Counted from the stretch's first letter, positions 11,680-25,512 are shown. The stretch is 64,000 nucleotides of DNA from Octopus vulgaris (GCA_951406725.2 OX597816.1:35340001-35404000), one strand, 5' to 3'. Notes: generated from the sequence alone by a model not told the origin. A program made the numbers and translations.

Positions 11680-14600
11680 AACTGACAGATCCCTTTTTTT
11701 CTTTCTTATTCTCCGTACTTTATTCTCATTATTTCGAACTAATACAGGCAGAATGAGCCTTTTATAGGTTTAAAAGAGGAAGGGAAAAGAAGGAAGGAAA
11801 AGGGGGAAGAAGGAGAAGGAAAGAAAGAGAGAAGAAAAAGGGAAGAGAAGGGAAAATTGTTCGGAGATAAAACTATCAACAAAAAAATACAGATCTGCTA
11901 GCCTTAAGAAGCTGCGCTACGAGCAATGCTTACGTGTAGAGAACCCTAAACTGACAGATCCATCTCCTAATGTAAGAGTGGAAGCTCGTCATGTTTCAAT
12001 GTCAACAAATCAAACTACAAACCGCATTGGTCGTCGCGCAGATTACAAAAGACCACGTACCCGAAAATTGAATCAAATTCTGATTGAAAAATCAGCTACT
12101 GGATCAAATCTTCCCAACACACAGAAGCTGGACGTACCCCACAACCGGAATATTCCAACAGATTGCCATCCATGCTCGTCACCAAATAATCAAAAGAAGA
12201 AGAAGGAAAAATTGTCTAGGGAAGATAATAAAGAAGTTCTTGCAGCCTTCTACCATGCCATATATTTCCCCACAGATAAATCTAATACTATACAAACCTA
12301 CTTAAACTGGAGACAGAAACACCCTGATCAAGTTAGACAAGCAATATCGGATAAAATGAACGAAGCTGCAGCTAGAGAAGATAATACAGAGGAAATAATT
12401 ATAGACCAGTCCAGGGCTGATAAAAACGAAGTAAGAATTGAAAGAGTTAATATAAGTGATAGGCAAAGTGAAATACTCCCTGAACCAATCATAAACACTA
12501 AGACAGATGAACATCAAATAGATAAAGAAATTCACAGAAATATTGACCCAACAGAACTACATGAGCTAAAAAATCAAATCATGATTGAATGGCTGAAAAT
12601 TAAAGAAACCAGCATGGATGAACGTGATACACTCCCTAAAATCCGCAACTCTAGCCAAAACATGAAAATAATTGGTAAAATCCGGCTTGCACTTAAGGAT
12701 ATAATTGCAGCTAATGATGTTGATATCACAAATCTCAACAACCTATACTATGCATCCGCGAAAATCTCAACGATCCTATGTGGTGTAAAGATTAGAAAAC
12801 GGCAACATTCCCACAAAAGCCTTCTTGGCAAGAGCGTTTGCAACAACAAATTAAACTATTTATATCTGACATTGAATATTTGAAAAACCTTAAGTTTCAC
12901 AAGACTACCAAACCTACAAAAACCCAAAAATTACTGAAAAATTACAATATGAAAATTATACTTGATATTGATGCCACCATAGAAACCATCAAACAAAAGG
13001 TCTGCCAAAGCTACCCTAAAAGCGAGGTATGAAAAGCGTGTTAGATTATTCAAGGACAACAACATGTTCAAAAATAACCCCAAGAATTCTTACATGAAGA
13101 TGGGAAAAACAGCGTTTACTGTAAGGTCTGTACTATCAAAAGAAGAAGTGCAGGGATTTTGGAATAAAATTTGGGCAGAAGAAAAAACACACAACGAAAA
13201 GGCCCCCTTGCTTGACAGAATATCTACAGAACTGGACTCCTTAGAATATCAAAAGTGGGAGGGTGTCAAGGTAGAAGATATAAGATCTGCTCTCAGGAGG
13301 TCAAGCAAATGGAAGTCTCCAGGAAAGGATAAAATTCCTAACTTCTGGCTGAATGCCTTCCCAGAGAGCCATGAACTGCTAAGAGAACTGTACAATGATG
13401 TTTTGCAACACCCTAGTAGGATGCCTCCTTGGCTAGTTAATGGGTTAACATTCCTGCTTCGAAAAAGTGAAGAAACAAATGAACCAAAAACAATATAGAC
13501 CCATAACCTGCTTAACAACTATTATAAAACGCTAACATCTGTCTTGACGGAATATACTTATAGTTTTTTAACAGACATAAGCATATTCCCTAAGGAACAG
13601 AAAGGATGTAAATGTGGATCCTACGGCTGTAAAGATTAACTACTCATCAATAAGATGATCTTTGAAGATTGTCACAAACGACACAAAAACTTATCAATAG
13701 CCTGGATAGACTATAAAAAGGCTTTTGATAGCCTACCACATAGCTGGATTAGGAAATGCCTGGAAATGTATAAGATAGCACCTACTCAGCGAAACTTTTT
13801 GACTGTAAGTATGAGATCCTGGAGAAACACACTAACTCTGAACAGTGACAATGAATCCCTAAATGCTGGTGATGTAAACATTTCATGTGGCATTTTCCAG
13901 GGTGACTCACTGTCACCACTCCTCTTTTGTTTAGCCTTAATACCTCTCTCAAAACTGCTCAATGACGCGTAGTACGGGTATAAATTGTTTGATAAAAATA
14001 TAAATCATCTCATTTACATGGATGATTTAAAGCTTTTTGCAAAAAATGACCAGCAACTCAAGAGCTTACTAGCGATAGTCAAACAATTCAGTGACGACAT
14101 CACAATGCAATTCGGCCTCGATAAATGTGCAAAAGCTACCTTTATGAAAGGAAAAATGACAAAAACATCTAACGTTAACCTTGACCAGCAGAATGTCATA
14201 AAAGAACTAGACCCAGCGGAGAGCTACAAGTACCTCGGGGTAATTGAATGGAACGGAATAAGGCATTTAGAGGTGAAGGAAAGGATCAGGAGAGAATGTT
14301 ATCGAAGAGTGAGAGCAATACTCAAGACAGAGTTGAATGTAAGAAAGAGGATCGAAGCGATCAATGCATTAGCCATACCAGTCGTGACTTACAGTTTCAA
14401 TATCGTTAACTGGTCAATTACTGAAATTTGTCAGCTCGACAGAAAAGTAAGAACACTGTTGACAATGCATAGAATGCACCACCCTAAGGCAGATACAGAA
14501 CGACTTTATCTGCCAAGAAAAGAGGGATGCCGTGGTCTTTTACAACTGGCAATAACAATGAAGAATGCTACAATTGGCCTAGAAACCTACCTGAAAAAGT

Positions 14601-15779
14601 CTGAGGACTGGATGTTTGGATGTTAAAACTTGTCTCAAAACATGAAAACAAGAAAGCATCATACTCAGTCACAAAACAGGCAAAGGAATATCTAAGTGAA
14701 TTCCGAATACAAACAATTTCGGAATTAGAGATAGATATACAAGAAACAAGCACAGAAAAAGCTAGGCGCATGAAAACCCGTGCCAAAACTGCGGCCTTAG
14801 ATATTCTGAATAATAAATGGCAAGAAAAACCTCTCTATGGCAAATACACAAAGAGAGCGAATAATGCAGATATCGACAAAGCCCTGACCCATCAATGGCT
14901 AATGGCCTCTGGATTAAAATCTGAAACAGAGGGGTTCATCATAGCAGCTCAAGATCAATGCCTACCAACAAGAAACTACCAGGCCAACACATTAAAGAAC
15001 GGCAGTAGCACAACATGTCGTGTATGCCGACAACAAAATGAAACCATTGATCATGTTGTCTCCAAATTCAGTCTTCTAGCGCCTACAGAGTACCTCAGCA
15101 GGCATGATAGAGCTGCGCAATATATTCACTGGGTAATTTGCAAAAACCTGGATTTGCCCCATGAAAAAAAAATGGTGGGAACACAATCCACCTCCAGTGC
15201 TTGAAAATGACCACATCTCACTCCTCTGGAACTTCACCATTCAAACAGACAGAAAGATAGATGCAAATAGGTCAGACATCATATTGAAAGACTTCAGACA
15301 AAGAACATGCCTCCTCATTGATATGACTGTCCCAATTGATATAAACGTATCTGTCAAGACCTACCAAAAACTGAGCAAATATGTGGTCATAATCTTGAAA
15401 TAGAAATCAGCAAAATGTGGAACCTGAAGACTAAAACAATACTTGTTGTCATAGGTGCCCTGGGAATGATAGCGAAAGGGGCTGATTGCTACCTAACTCA
15501 GATACCAGGAAACCCCAAAAAGGCAGAAATTCAAAAGATAGTGCTCATGGGAACTGCTCATATCCTACGCAAAATACTCTCTAGGTAATCCCAAGGTTTA
15601 AAACAAACTTTAAAAAAAAATTTATTTATTAGGCATTCACTAGTACAACACCAACAAATCCCCAAATATATGACACACTAGGCATAACAACAACGTGAAC
15701 TTCCAGCCTGTTGTCTCTTGAGGTCTCTGGGTGAAACTTGGAGCCAACTTGTACAGACATAAAGCAAAAGTCAAACATA
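11680..15779 (+). mobile_element. Near-full-length R4/Dong-clade RLE non-LTR retrotransposon (family 3), disrupted single ORF at about 11978-15588
   Basis: N-terminal region; RT motifs WKSPGKDKIPNFWL, AWIDYKKAFDS.PH, GIFQGDSLSPLLF, YMDDLKLF, YKYLG; CR.C..ETIDH knuckle; RHDR; RLE (P>S)DII..LIDM.VP. Several stops and frameshifts, including an 8-bp TGGATGTT duplication at about 14609-14624. Bounded by AAT repeats at both ends. Confidence 0.93.
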
Positions 15780-15803
15780 TAATAATATTAATAATAATAA
15801 TAG

Positions 15804-15873
<70 letters not shown>

Positions 15874-15890
15874 TGATGATGATGATGATG

Positions 15891-15967
<77 letters not shown>
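15780..15967. repeat. (AAT)n/(GAT)n tail microsatellite
   Basis: Seen directly. Confidence 0.9.
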
Positions 15968-16128
15968 TACAAAACATAGTGCTACTAGGCACCGCACATA
16001 TCAAACGTAAACTATTTTCAATACACTAAAAATATGTGAATCACAACAAACCACATCACATACACGAGGCACACAAATATGCGCTCGGTAGACCGGGGAA
16101 AGAACGTGATAAAAATAGAGATTACTGA
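15968..16128 (+). mobile_element. Very short 3' fragment of an R4/Dong family 2 element
   Basis: Similar to 6069-6230 (CTACTAGGCAC.GCACA, GCGCTCGGTAG, ATAAAAATA...TACTGAATAATAA); sits between two (TAA)n runs. Confidence 0.8.
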
Positions 16129-18209
16129 ATAATAATTAATAATAATAATAATAATTATAATAATAATAATAATAATAATAAAAATAATAATAATAATAAT
16201 TATAATAATAATAATAATAATAATTAATAATAATAATAATGATAATAATAATAATAACAATGACAATCATGATGATGATGATGAGGAGGAGGATAATGAT
16301 GATGATGAATAAATGAACAAAATCTGTGTGACCAATCTAGAGCCATCAATCGTTTGAATTGTACCTCTCTAACCAGACAACCTGCGTCGGTTCTATTTAA
16401 TTACAAACCTGGGGCAAAATAAAAGTATACATCTTACTTTAATTTTATCTTGTAAGTTTGCAATTGTCCTTTCACGATACGGTAATGAATATAATTATAT
16501 TGCCAGAACCAATTACGTTCAGTTGTCTAAAACTATTTTTGATGTGCGTGAAATACTGCGTAAAAGTATGCATCTTATAGAATTGTTTTTTTTAATACAC
16601 TTCATATTAATCTAGCTATTGCATCCCCTCTCTCCCATTTACAACATTTGACTTATGAAAGGAATGGAATTCTAAAACTTATTATTTTGATTGATATTAT
16701 TCATTTATTTACTATTCCTCATGTCACAAAATATATTAAATTATCTATTGATTTGAGAAGTAGTACATGACAAATATATATTTACTTTCAGGAGTTTATT
16801 GCAGATTTTACACGATAAGTAACATGTACTAAGAAATATCACGTACTAGTTTAAAATGGTGCTAAACATACACCTTTATTTACGAAACCCGTTAGCAATA
16901 CAGTTGCTGCTGATACAGTTACTATTATTGGTTAAAATTAATTATACTGATAGTTTTATTTCAGTTTTCCATATTTCCTTCTGATTAATAATTTGAAATA
17001 TTGACAGTGGCAAGCAGGTTATCGGTAAATACGATTCTCCAACGTCTGAATTTCATAATCTTAAACATGATTCATTAAACTATGCATCAAGTTATTTTAT
17101 CCACACTAAACATTGAATGGTAGAAAAAAATGTACGAGAGTAAATCGAATCGACGCAATGTCTAATGAGATATATATTCTAAAGTTGGTTACCAGAATGT
17201 AATTGCAATTCAGTTTCGTATTTTGAAGTTCTAATTTTCTTTACTATATTTCTCTATTTATATAACTGCCATTTTCCTAATTACTACCGTATTTTGTTTT
17301 CTATTTCTTTCGTCCTTTTCGTAGAATTTTGATAACTATATTTGACACCTTAACTTTCTATGACGTCTTTGATATTTGGTAAAAAAAAAGAAATGGGAAT
17401 AAATCTTCTGTACGCGAATAAGTGAAATCAGCTTTAATTTTCATGAAAGTACTTCATTCATTTAACCTATATAAAAGTCTACAAATTCATATCGAAATCG
17501 CAGGCTAATTTGTGCATTTTAAAAGTTGCGACAGAATTGATTATTTCTATGACAACAAAATGTCCTCCACATCAGTGATGTTTGTAATAATTTACGTTCT
17601 GGACAATCGTGTGTCATCATGGACTTATTGTACATAGTATGTACATGCATTCAAATCACCTGTTAATATCATCTTTACACATTTTTTATAGAAAATTTAG
17701 CCAACACAGCTTTTGTTACCACGTTTCGTATCTGAGACGTCAGATGTAAGCAAGCAATAAGATCAACGATGAAAATTAAATAATGCGCTTATAGGACATA
17801 GGAGCTTTATTGCATCTTCATATGCACCAATCTACGAATTCATTGCTTAAGTAACCACTACATCTAGTGATGTAACGTTATTGGGTACACCAATTTACAA
17901 ATTAAACACGTTCCTGGAAGCTGGTACGTAAAAATTAATAACAAGTAGTCACTCGTATTTTATTAAGAGCCCATAATATGCCACATAGTATATTAAACAT
18001 TTTTATAAGTGAATACAATGTACTATTGTGCTAGCAGTACACTTAAATCACGCGTTAAGTTCATTTCTACAGATTATTTTCATCTCACGTCTCGATTACG
18101 AAACATATTAGAATTGGTGCTGGTTTTAATTTCTATAGAAAATATGATCTTAACACGTGATTTAACTGCACTGATAACACAGTAGTACACGGTATTGACT
18201 TATAAAAAC

Positions 18210-19988
18210 GTTGGACCACAGCTTTATATATAGTGACATCGAATCAACAGTCCAGGTGAACGGTTTCTTTTCGGGACCGTTCTGAATTGAACGATCGGGA
18301 CGTCAAGGTGTCCTCTCTCTCCGCTTCTGTACGTTTTGGCCCTCGAGCCATTGCTGAAAAAGTTAGGGGCTATGAGAAGCACCCTGCGAGAATTAGAGTG
18401 CGGTAAGTTAGTTTCGGCGTATACGGATGACACCACCGACATCGTATCCCGAGTCGAACACTTAGAGTGGGTAGGTGAGACCATAAGGGATTACGAAGCG
18501 GTGGCAGGAATAAAACTTAACTGAGATAAATCGGTCAGCTTGCAACACGGCACCTGGACTGGCAAGTCACTGCCGTCCGACAACGTCGTGGGACGTTGGA
18601 CAGACGGTCCGGTGAAAATGCTTGGAATCTGGTTAGGTCCTGATCTCCAGATAGAGAAGAACTGGAGTGAGGTAGCGAGCAGTGTTACTTATCTAACTCA
18701 CACCTGGATCGCGCGTAAGCTGTTCCTGAAAGGGAGAGCGGAAGTTGCAGGTGTGTTTATTGCATCTGTAATCACCTACCGCCTAACCCTTGCCCCGATT
18801 CATGCCTGAAGAAGTCGGAACGCATGCTGTTCCGCTTGTTTTGTGGAGCAGGGTACCTTGTAAAGCGCTCTATTTGCTGCCAAAAACCGCTGAAGGGTGG
18901 GCTAGGGATGCACAGACCATACACTGCGGCTTAGACGCCTCTGGCTTTACCTGGACGGTGAACAGTTGTGGTCTCCGTTTCTCAAACTATTATTTCCACG
19001 TTTCATATCTTTTACTGAACTGGACTCATGGAGTAAGCGTAGACCGATGTTGGGGCTAGGCAAACAGAGGGTCATAAGGAATTCGTCCTTCTCTACCGGT
19101 CGGGAAACGCTGGTGGCAGGGGTTCCACCTCGTTCTTCTATAGAGGGTTAGTAGAGTTCACGTTTGAAGACGTCCTGGGAGAAACGCTGGGTTTCGACGA
19201 AGGTCAACGCGCCAGCCTGTACCGAAGAACATTCGGGCCATGAGCGATGGACAATTACCAGAAGTCCCTGGCATGTCAGTGTTACAGAGGTGCTTTACTT
19301 GTTCAGTATAAGCCCTTCACGTGTGGTTCGTCGTCGCCGCCAACTTGTCCAAGATGCGGGAAGGACAGTGAAACTGTTCTGCACGCAATTGTACCATGTC
19401 TGAAGATTTCGGAACTCTGGGCTTATGCCGAACACCTGCTGTCACATCTGAGAAGAGTACAACTGTCGACCGAATCTATTATTTAGATCGTTCCGCCGCC
19501 CTCTGTGAATAGGGAAGAATAGCTTTTTTTTCCTCTCGGTAGTAGCTATTGCAAAAGAGGTAGTATGGAAGTATTGAAGACGAGAATGAAAGGGATCGTG
19601 TCAGGTATTTTTATCTCCAGCCTTGTGTTAGTTAACCTTTTTTCCTTTTTCTACATTGGAAGAAAAATAAGGCTGGAGAATAAATGCCTGTCGCTCGGTG
19701 TTTTTTCGAAAAACATGGAAGTCTGTAGTATGCGTGTTGTGAGTGGATGAACGTGTATGAGCCGTAAATTAAAAGCTAAAAAAAACTTTTCTGCATGGGA
19801 ATGTGGTTCGTTGGCCGCTTCATTTTTGTTAATCATCCTAATCTTACTTCATCATTAATTATTGTTTGGAATTTTTAACGTTCATCTTCAATGTGTTACC
19901 CTCATTCGATCTCTGCCTCCTTGTCTGTCTGTCTGACCTCGTTTTATCCTCTCCATTTATATCCTGTAATGCTGAATAAAGAAAAGAG
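18210..19988 (+). mobile_element. L1/Tx1-like LINE, 5'-truncated degenerate ORF2 with 3' end
   Basis: VNGFFSGPF..RS.RQG..LSPLLYVLALEPLL, VSAYTDD, KMLGIW, LFLKGRA, YQKSLACQCYRGAL, CPRCGKDSETVLHAIVPC; AATAAA at about 19975. Confidence 0.85.
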
Positions 19989-21289
19989 TTTGAAAACGGA
20001 TGTTGTCCACTCATTCTAAGAGTTCAATATCAGGGTTCACTCTGATATTGAAATCTGTGTGCGCGTCTGTGTGTGTATGTTTATGTGTGTGTGTGCATGT
20101 GTACATAACAGAAGATATGAAATACAGTAAAATATAATAATCATCTTTTAAGAATGCTACTAGAACACAAATCTATAAAATGAACAAAAACATAATCACA
20201 TCTAATACAAAGATAATTTTTTTGTAATTATAGATTGCGTATAATTTTTAAGATTTTCAAACGAATCTTATTTCATTTGTTTCTCATTTCAGAGTTAGAC
20301 AATTGGAAACCTGTAGCTTTAGAGTGTGCTTAAATGTAGATCCCATGTTTGACGTAGAGAGTTCCCTACAGCACAACTTTCACTCTTTGACTTTCTGTTC
20401 AAAATCGCGAAATAGAGAAAAATGCATAACAACGTACGAAGAATATCTGTCTGCATTGAATTCTGTTTGGCTCCTTTATGCATTACAAATATACTCTTCC
20501 ATTCAGTCTGAAAGCCGCATTGCTAGCGAAGTAATTAACGTCGTAAGCATAACTTCTGTAGAGAGCTAGCACATCAAAACAGGTCCAATGCTTACTAAAG
20601 AATATCTGTGAGTGACAGAAATAATAATTATATACGGTCAAAGGTTGTTTAGTTATCTGACAAGAGTACTTGCTTTTTAAATTCACGTATTTTAATGGTA
20701 GATCAACTATATCAATTTCTGAGACAGTTTGTAAGTAGAGATCCACTCTACAGCTTACGCATTCTGAGGTTACTTGAATCATATAAGAAAGCACGGTGGT
20801 AATTGGCTTACGGAGAACGATGATACAAACACAATAGTTGACAGCTAGAGAAGTTGCATAACAATGTGCCTATTATTACGTGTATTATAGTAAAATCTTT
20901 CTACTAACTTTGGTGGAGCGTACATGAGAAAATTGATTAGAAACAGCACCCATAATTGTGAAATAGTTTAAACAATCATCTGTAGTTATATATCATGAAT
21001 ATCAGTTTGTAGCAGATACAGAAAAAACTGCAATATTAGTTCAATGAGAAAGTCATTCTTATTAATAAATAACATTTGTTCCACGAGAAACTCAATATTT
21101 TTAAGTTCATTACATATTCAACTTTACGAGGAAAATATATATAGTGACTTCCAAATTTCAGCATACAATCCTGTAACAATATTTGCTTTCTTCTTTATAT
21201 ATTTAATGGTAAATGGATTTTGGTTGGTGGCGCTCTACGGGCCCGTAAGGGAAAATTTGATTTTGTTTGTCTCGGTAACAGCTAGATGT

Positions 21290-21438
21290 GTAATAAGAAA
21301 CCTGTCCCCAGCCACACGATTTGGGGTTCAGTCCCAATATATAGCGGATTGGGCCGCTGTTTCGACTGTAGTTTCGGGCCGACCAAAGTGTTGTGAGTGG
21401 ATTTCGTAGAAGGAAACTGAAAGACGCTAATCGTATAC

Positions 21439-21532
<94 letters not shown>

Positions 21533-21545
21533 AGGTGTGTGTGTC
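21290..21545 (+). mobile_element. Degenerate 5' half of tRNA-derived SINE type A followed by (TG)n
   Basis: GGGTTCAGTCCCA..CGGGCCGACCAAAG..TGAGTGGATTT..GGAAACTGAAAGA similar to 25026-25190. Confidence 0.65.
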
Positions 21546-22499
21546 TGTCTGTTGAATATAACTTTTAATAAGATATGTTACGAGAAGGTTATATACAGAA
21601 ACGGATACAACGTTTTGTTCTTATTATAAGTTTGTGGGTCTCTCATTTATATGATTTTTCGATTGGTCTTCAAAATGGTTTTGTTGATACTCATACGTTG
21701 AAATCTCCGCTTATTTTCTTCTCATTCATTGAAACAAAATATCAAAATGTCCTTCTATAAGTGGACGTTACATTTTTAGATAATCAATATTCATACTTAA
21801 GTTATGGCAGTTTATGTAGAAATTCAAATGTTTCAGGATCGAATCTTTAGTTGGTGTTTTTCTTTCTTTTTTCTTACCTCTAAAGTATGTCGTCAATTAT
21901 GAATATGTTAATATGTTTTTATTCCTGATCTATCAATTGCCGTCATTAATTATTGGATTGACAATGGTCAATGCAATATAATAACATATACAACAAGTTA
22001 AAAGTGCAATAGAAGAAAATATCATAGAAATTAATTTGTACGAAATATGTTCCAAATGATATGCAGTATCTCAATAACAGAGAAAATCTTACAATGGATC
22101 CAAGATTAGCATATAATTGTACATACACATGTGTGTACGTACATTCATACAAACACACACATATAAGGTTTTATAGAACACGTATCCTATAGAAACTGAC
22201 AAACAATTAAAGATGGGGAACAGAAGCTGTTAAAAAATTTATAAAATTTTAATCCATTCACACGATCGTTTCCAACGGTAATATTAACATGTAAGAAACA
22301 TGGAAAAAAGTTTTAATTAATACAATTATAATTAAATTAATTACATGTTACCGTTCTCTACAGTGCGAAAGATGCATACATCGAAAAGACAACAACACAA
22401 TAATCATCTTAAGAATATGACTTTTCATGCTCGCATTTTTCCATATAATAATACTATATATTATATATGACATACGTATATGTATGATGTTTACAAGTA

Positions 22500-23950
22500 A
22501 AGTATAGAATATAATGTATAATCTATTAATTATATTAATCTGTGTAAATATAAATTTGAAACAAGTTAGAAGTAGTAATAATTATTATTATTTTGTAATT
22601 TTCTTGACATAATTTGCAGATCTTGTTCATATGTTTATAAGATGGAGGTGAAAAAGTACTTTCCAAGAAATCGGGTATTCTATTCAGTTGCCAAAACCTT
22701 TTGTGATAGACCTGTGCTATTTTCTTTTGTAGGGCCATTAAATATTATTTAATCTTAATTTGAAAGAATTTTGTGTACATCACATGTAAGTAAATTTAGA
22801 GAGATCATGGGTAATGTTTGTTACTTGGTATGTTACATCTGTCGTTTTACAGTTACCTTCTATCTCACAAGTATTCAGGTTTCCACAGTTAAAATTAGAA
22901 TTATTAGTTGGTACTCTATTGTTATGTCTATATGTATTGAGGTTTGGTTATTTTGATAATTGTTATTAGATATGGAATTATTGGGGTTGGTTTGTGTATT
23001 AGAAAGAGATTTTTCATTAGAGAATTGGTCTAGTTTCCTATTTTTATACGAAAAGATGATTCTAAATACGTTTGGAGATATTAAAAGTCCAAATCTGATC
23101 ATTTTGTTATTAAATATTTTTGCATATTTAGAGATTTTTAAGTTTTTGTTAATAATATTTCTAATGGATTCAATTAAATTAGATTTTAGATGTTTTGCAA
23201 AAGGAATTATTATGATCCAAATGATGCTATTTTTGTTTAATTTATTATCGTAGTGGTTTATATTTTGTGGGTCATCAATTCATACATATGGTATAGATTT
23301 CTGTTTTTTTTCTATATTATTCCTGACGTAATTAATATGATTCAAGCTGTTATGTGAATTATTAGAAGCATGAGACGTAGTGGAATGAGTTTGATATTTT
23401 AAGTGCGTAGGTTTAGGGTTCGTATTTCTATCTATAGTTATTTGTTTTTGGTATTTATTGTCCGTATACTTGGGTTTAATTACATTACTAACAGTGTATT
23501 TGGTAGTTTGTGGGTTGGTAAAATTAGTGTTATTCGTTCTATTAGTGAGGTTATTGCTATGGTGCTCATATTTATAGAGTTTATTATTATAATGTTTATT
23601 GTTGTCGTAGGATTTGTGTAGGATTGTGTCTGTTGCTAATCTATTGCTGATGATTATTATTGAGAAAATGTAATTGTGTGTCGGGTTTTCTAACTTACCA
23701 GTTGATGTGGGTACAGTAATATGGTCGCTATTATTTTTATTTCGATAATTATTGGAATAATTTGAATAGGTGCTATTCTTATTGTTGTACTCAATTCTAT
23801 ATTTGTATCGAACCTTCTTAAATGCTAGATAATAGTAGTGTGTGTGCTTCTCAAGAATGTCCTCATTCTCTACTTTGTATGTTGGAAGATTTCTTAGGTA
23901 TGTGCATAAGGCCGAAAGGCTTTATATTTCGTCACAATGTATTCTGTAGT
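22500..23950 (-). mobile_element. Decayed Penelope-like element (Naiad-type), linker and C-terminal GIY-YIG endonuclease
   Basis: KNSIIWIIIPFAKHLKSN..KIFNNKMIRF..SPN (cf. RNIIWFNPP..KIFN.NTVK.SYS), NCGNLNTCEIEGNCK..VTYQ..TYM*CT..FKLR (Cys cluster plus GIY-YIG), KICKLCQE (cf. CNLC.EE). Confidence 0.75.
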
Positions 23951-24711
23951 TGCATTCATATAATTTCACCTACACAAATATTAATACCAAATATATGAAC
24001 GTAGGAAATCATTATAGATAAAAGCAAAACTTTTCCTTGACTAAACTCCACACAATCAGGATAAAATATACACTAGATTTACTAATAAAAGAATCTAAAC
24101 TTCAGTAAAAAAAATTGCACCAATGATATCAAAAACAAATTATAGAATTTCATTGGTTTTAATTCTTTTATGATACGTAATATAAATAGTATTTTCTGCA
24201 ACAGTAGGAAGAACAACAATTCTTGAGTAAACTATGAAGCGTTCCTACAGTTGTTTACTGTGCGAGAAATCCATTCAAAATGACATTAAATCAAATAATA
24301 ATGTTATACAAAATGAAGGCGATATTTGATAATATAGGTCCAGATATATTAATATAATTGAATAGTCATTGCTTGAAAATAATCAATCACGTATCTATAA
24401 TAAGTGTTTATATATGGGACTACAACAACGGCAGCTATAATATGCTAAAAAAACGAATGTTGGAGAAGTTCTATTACATTTTCAACTATTTCACAATTAT
24501 TTGCGTTACTGGTATAAATACACGCATTTGGTGTACTTGACATGTCTATAAAGAAAAAAACCGTCAGGTTCAAATGAAATTCTGTAGGTTCCTAAAAGTA
24601 ATAGAGTGAAAAAAGAAAACAATGTATACATAATAAACTACTTCACAAAACGGTGAAGTATTACTGAGCAATCCCTTCCCGAAAGAAATTCTCAATTTAT
24701 TACCAAAGTAT

Positions 24712-24867
24712 GCGGTGGAGCTGTGTGGTAAGAAACTTGCTTCAAGAGTACGCGGTTCCTGCTTCAGTCCCACTGCATGGTATCTTGAGCAAGTGTCTTC
24801 TACTATAACATCGGGCCGACCAAAGCGTTGTAAGTGTATTTGGTAGACGGAAACTGGAAGAAGACTG

Positions 24868-24870
<3 letters not shown>
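24712..24870 (+). mobile_element. SINE type A, 5' half
   Basis: GCTGTGTGGTAAG..TTCAGTCCCACTGC..CGGGCCGACCAAAG..GGTAGACGGAAACTG, ending in (TA)n. Confidence 0.8.
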
Positions 24871-24925
<55 letters not shown>

Positions 24926-24986
24926 TAGCCATTTAAATATACTTCACGTTGTGTTGCAGCTACTGTTTGTAACTCGGTCTGAGATT

Positions 24987-25025
<39 letters not shown>

Positions 25026-25027
<2 letters not shown>

Positions 25028-25435
25028 CGCAGGAGTGGCTGTGTGGTAAGTAGCTTGTTTACCAACCACATGGTTCCGGGTTCAGTCCCACTGCGGGGAA
25101 CCTTGGGCAGGCGTCTTCTACTATAGCTTCGGGCCGACCAAAGCCTTGTGTGTGGATTTGGCAGACGGAAACTGAAAGAAGCCCGTCGTATATATGTATG
25201 TATATATATGTGTGTGTGTTTGTATGTCTGTGTTTGTCCTCCTAGCATTGTTTGATAACCGATGCTGGTGTGTTTATGTCCCCGTTACTTAGCGGTTCGG
25301 CAATACAGACCGTTGAAATAAAAAGTAGGCTAACTAAGAATAAGTCCTGGGGTTGATTTCTTTATCTAAACCATTTAAGGCGGTGCTACAGTATGATTGC
25401 ATTTAAGTAACTGAAACAGTTAAAATAATAAAATG
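25026..25435 (+). mobile_element. Full-length tRNA-derived SINE type A with central (TA)n(TG)n
   Basis: A-box-like TGGCTGTGTGG, B-box-like GGTTCAGTCCC, conserved body; matches copies at 49311, 54009 and 61737. Confidence 0.88.
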
Positions 25436-25512
25436 AAACAATAAAAATCTAATATAAGATCATATTTCATGCCCGGTAATACACGCAAGAAACATTTTAT
25501 TTACTAACACGT

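Noticed and set aside
22770-22800. TGA in the Penelope GIY-YIG region as selenocysteine
   Set aside because: It replaces the Gly of the YIG motif rather than a Cys, and the copy is heavily decayed.
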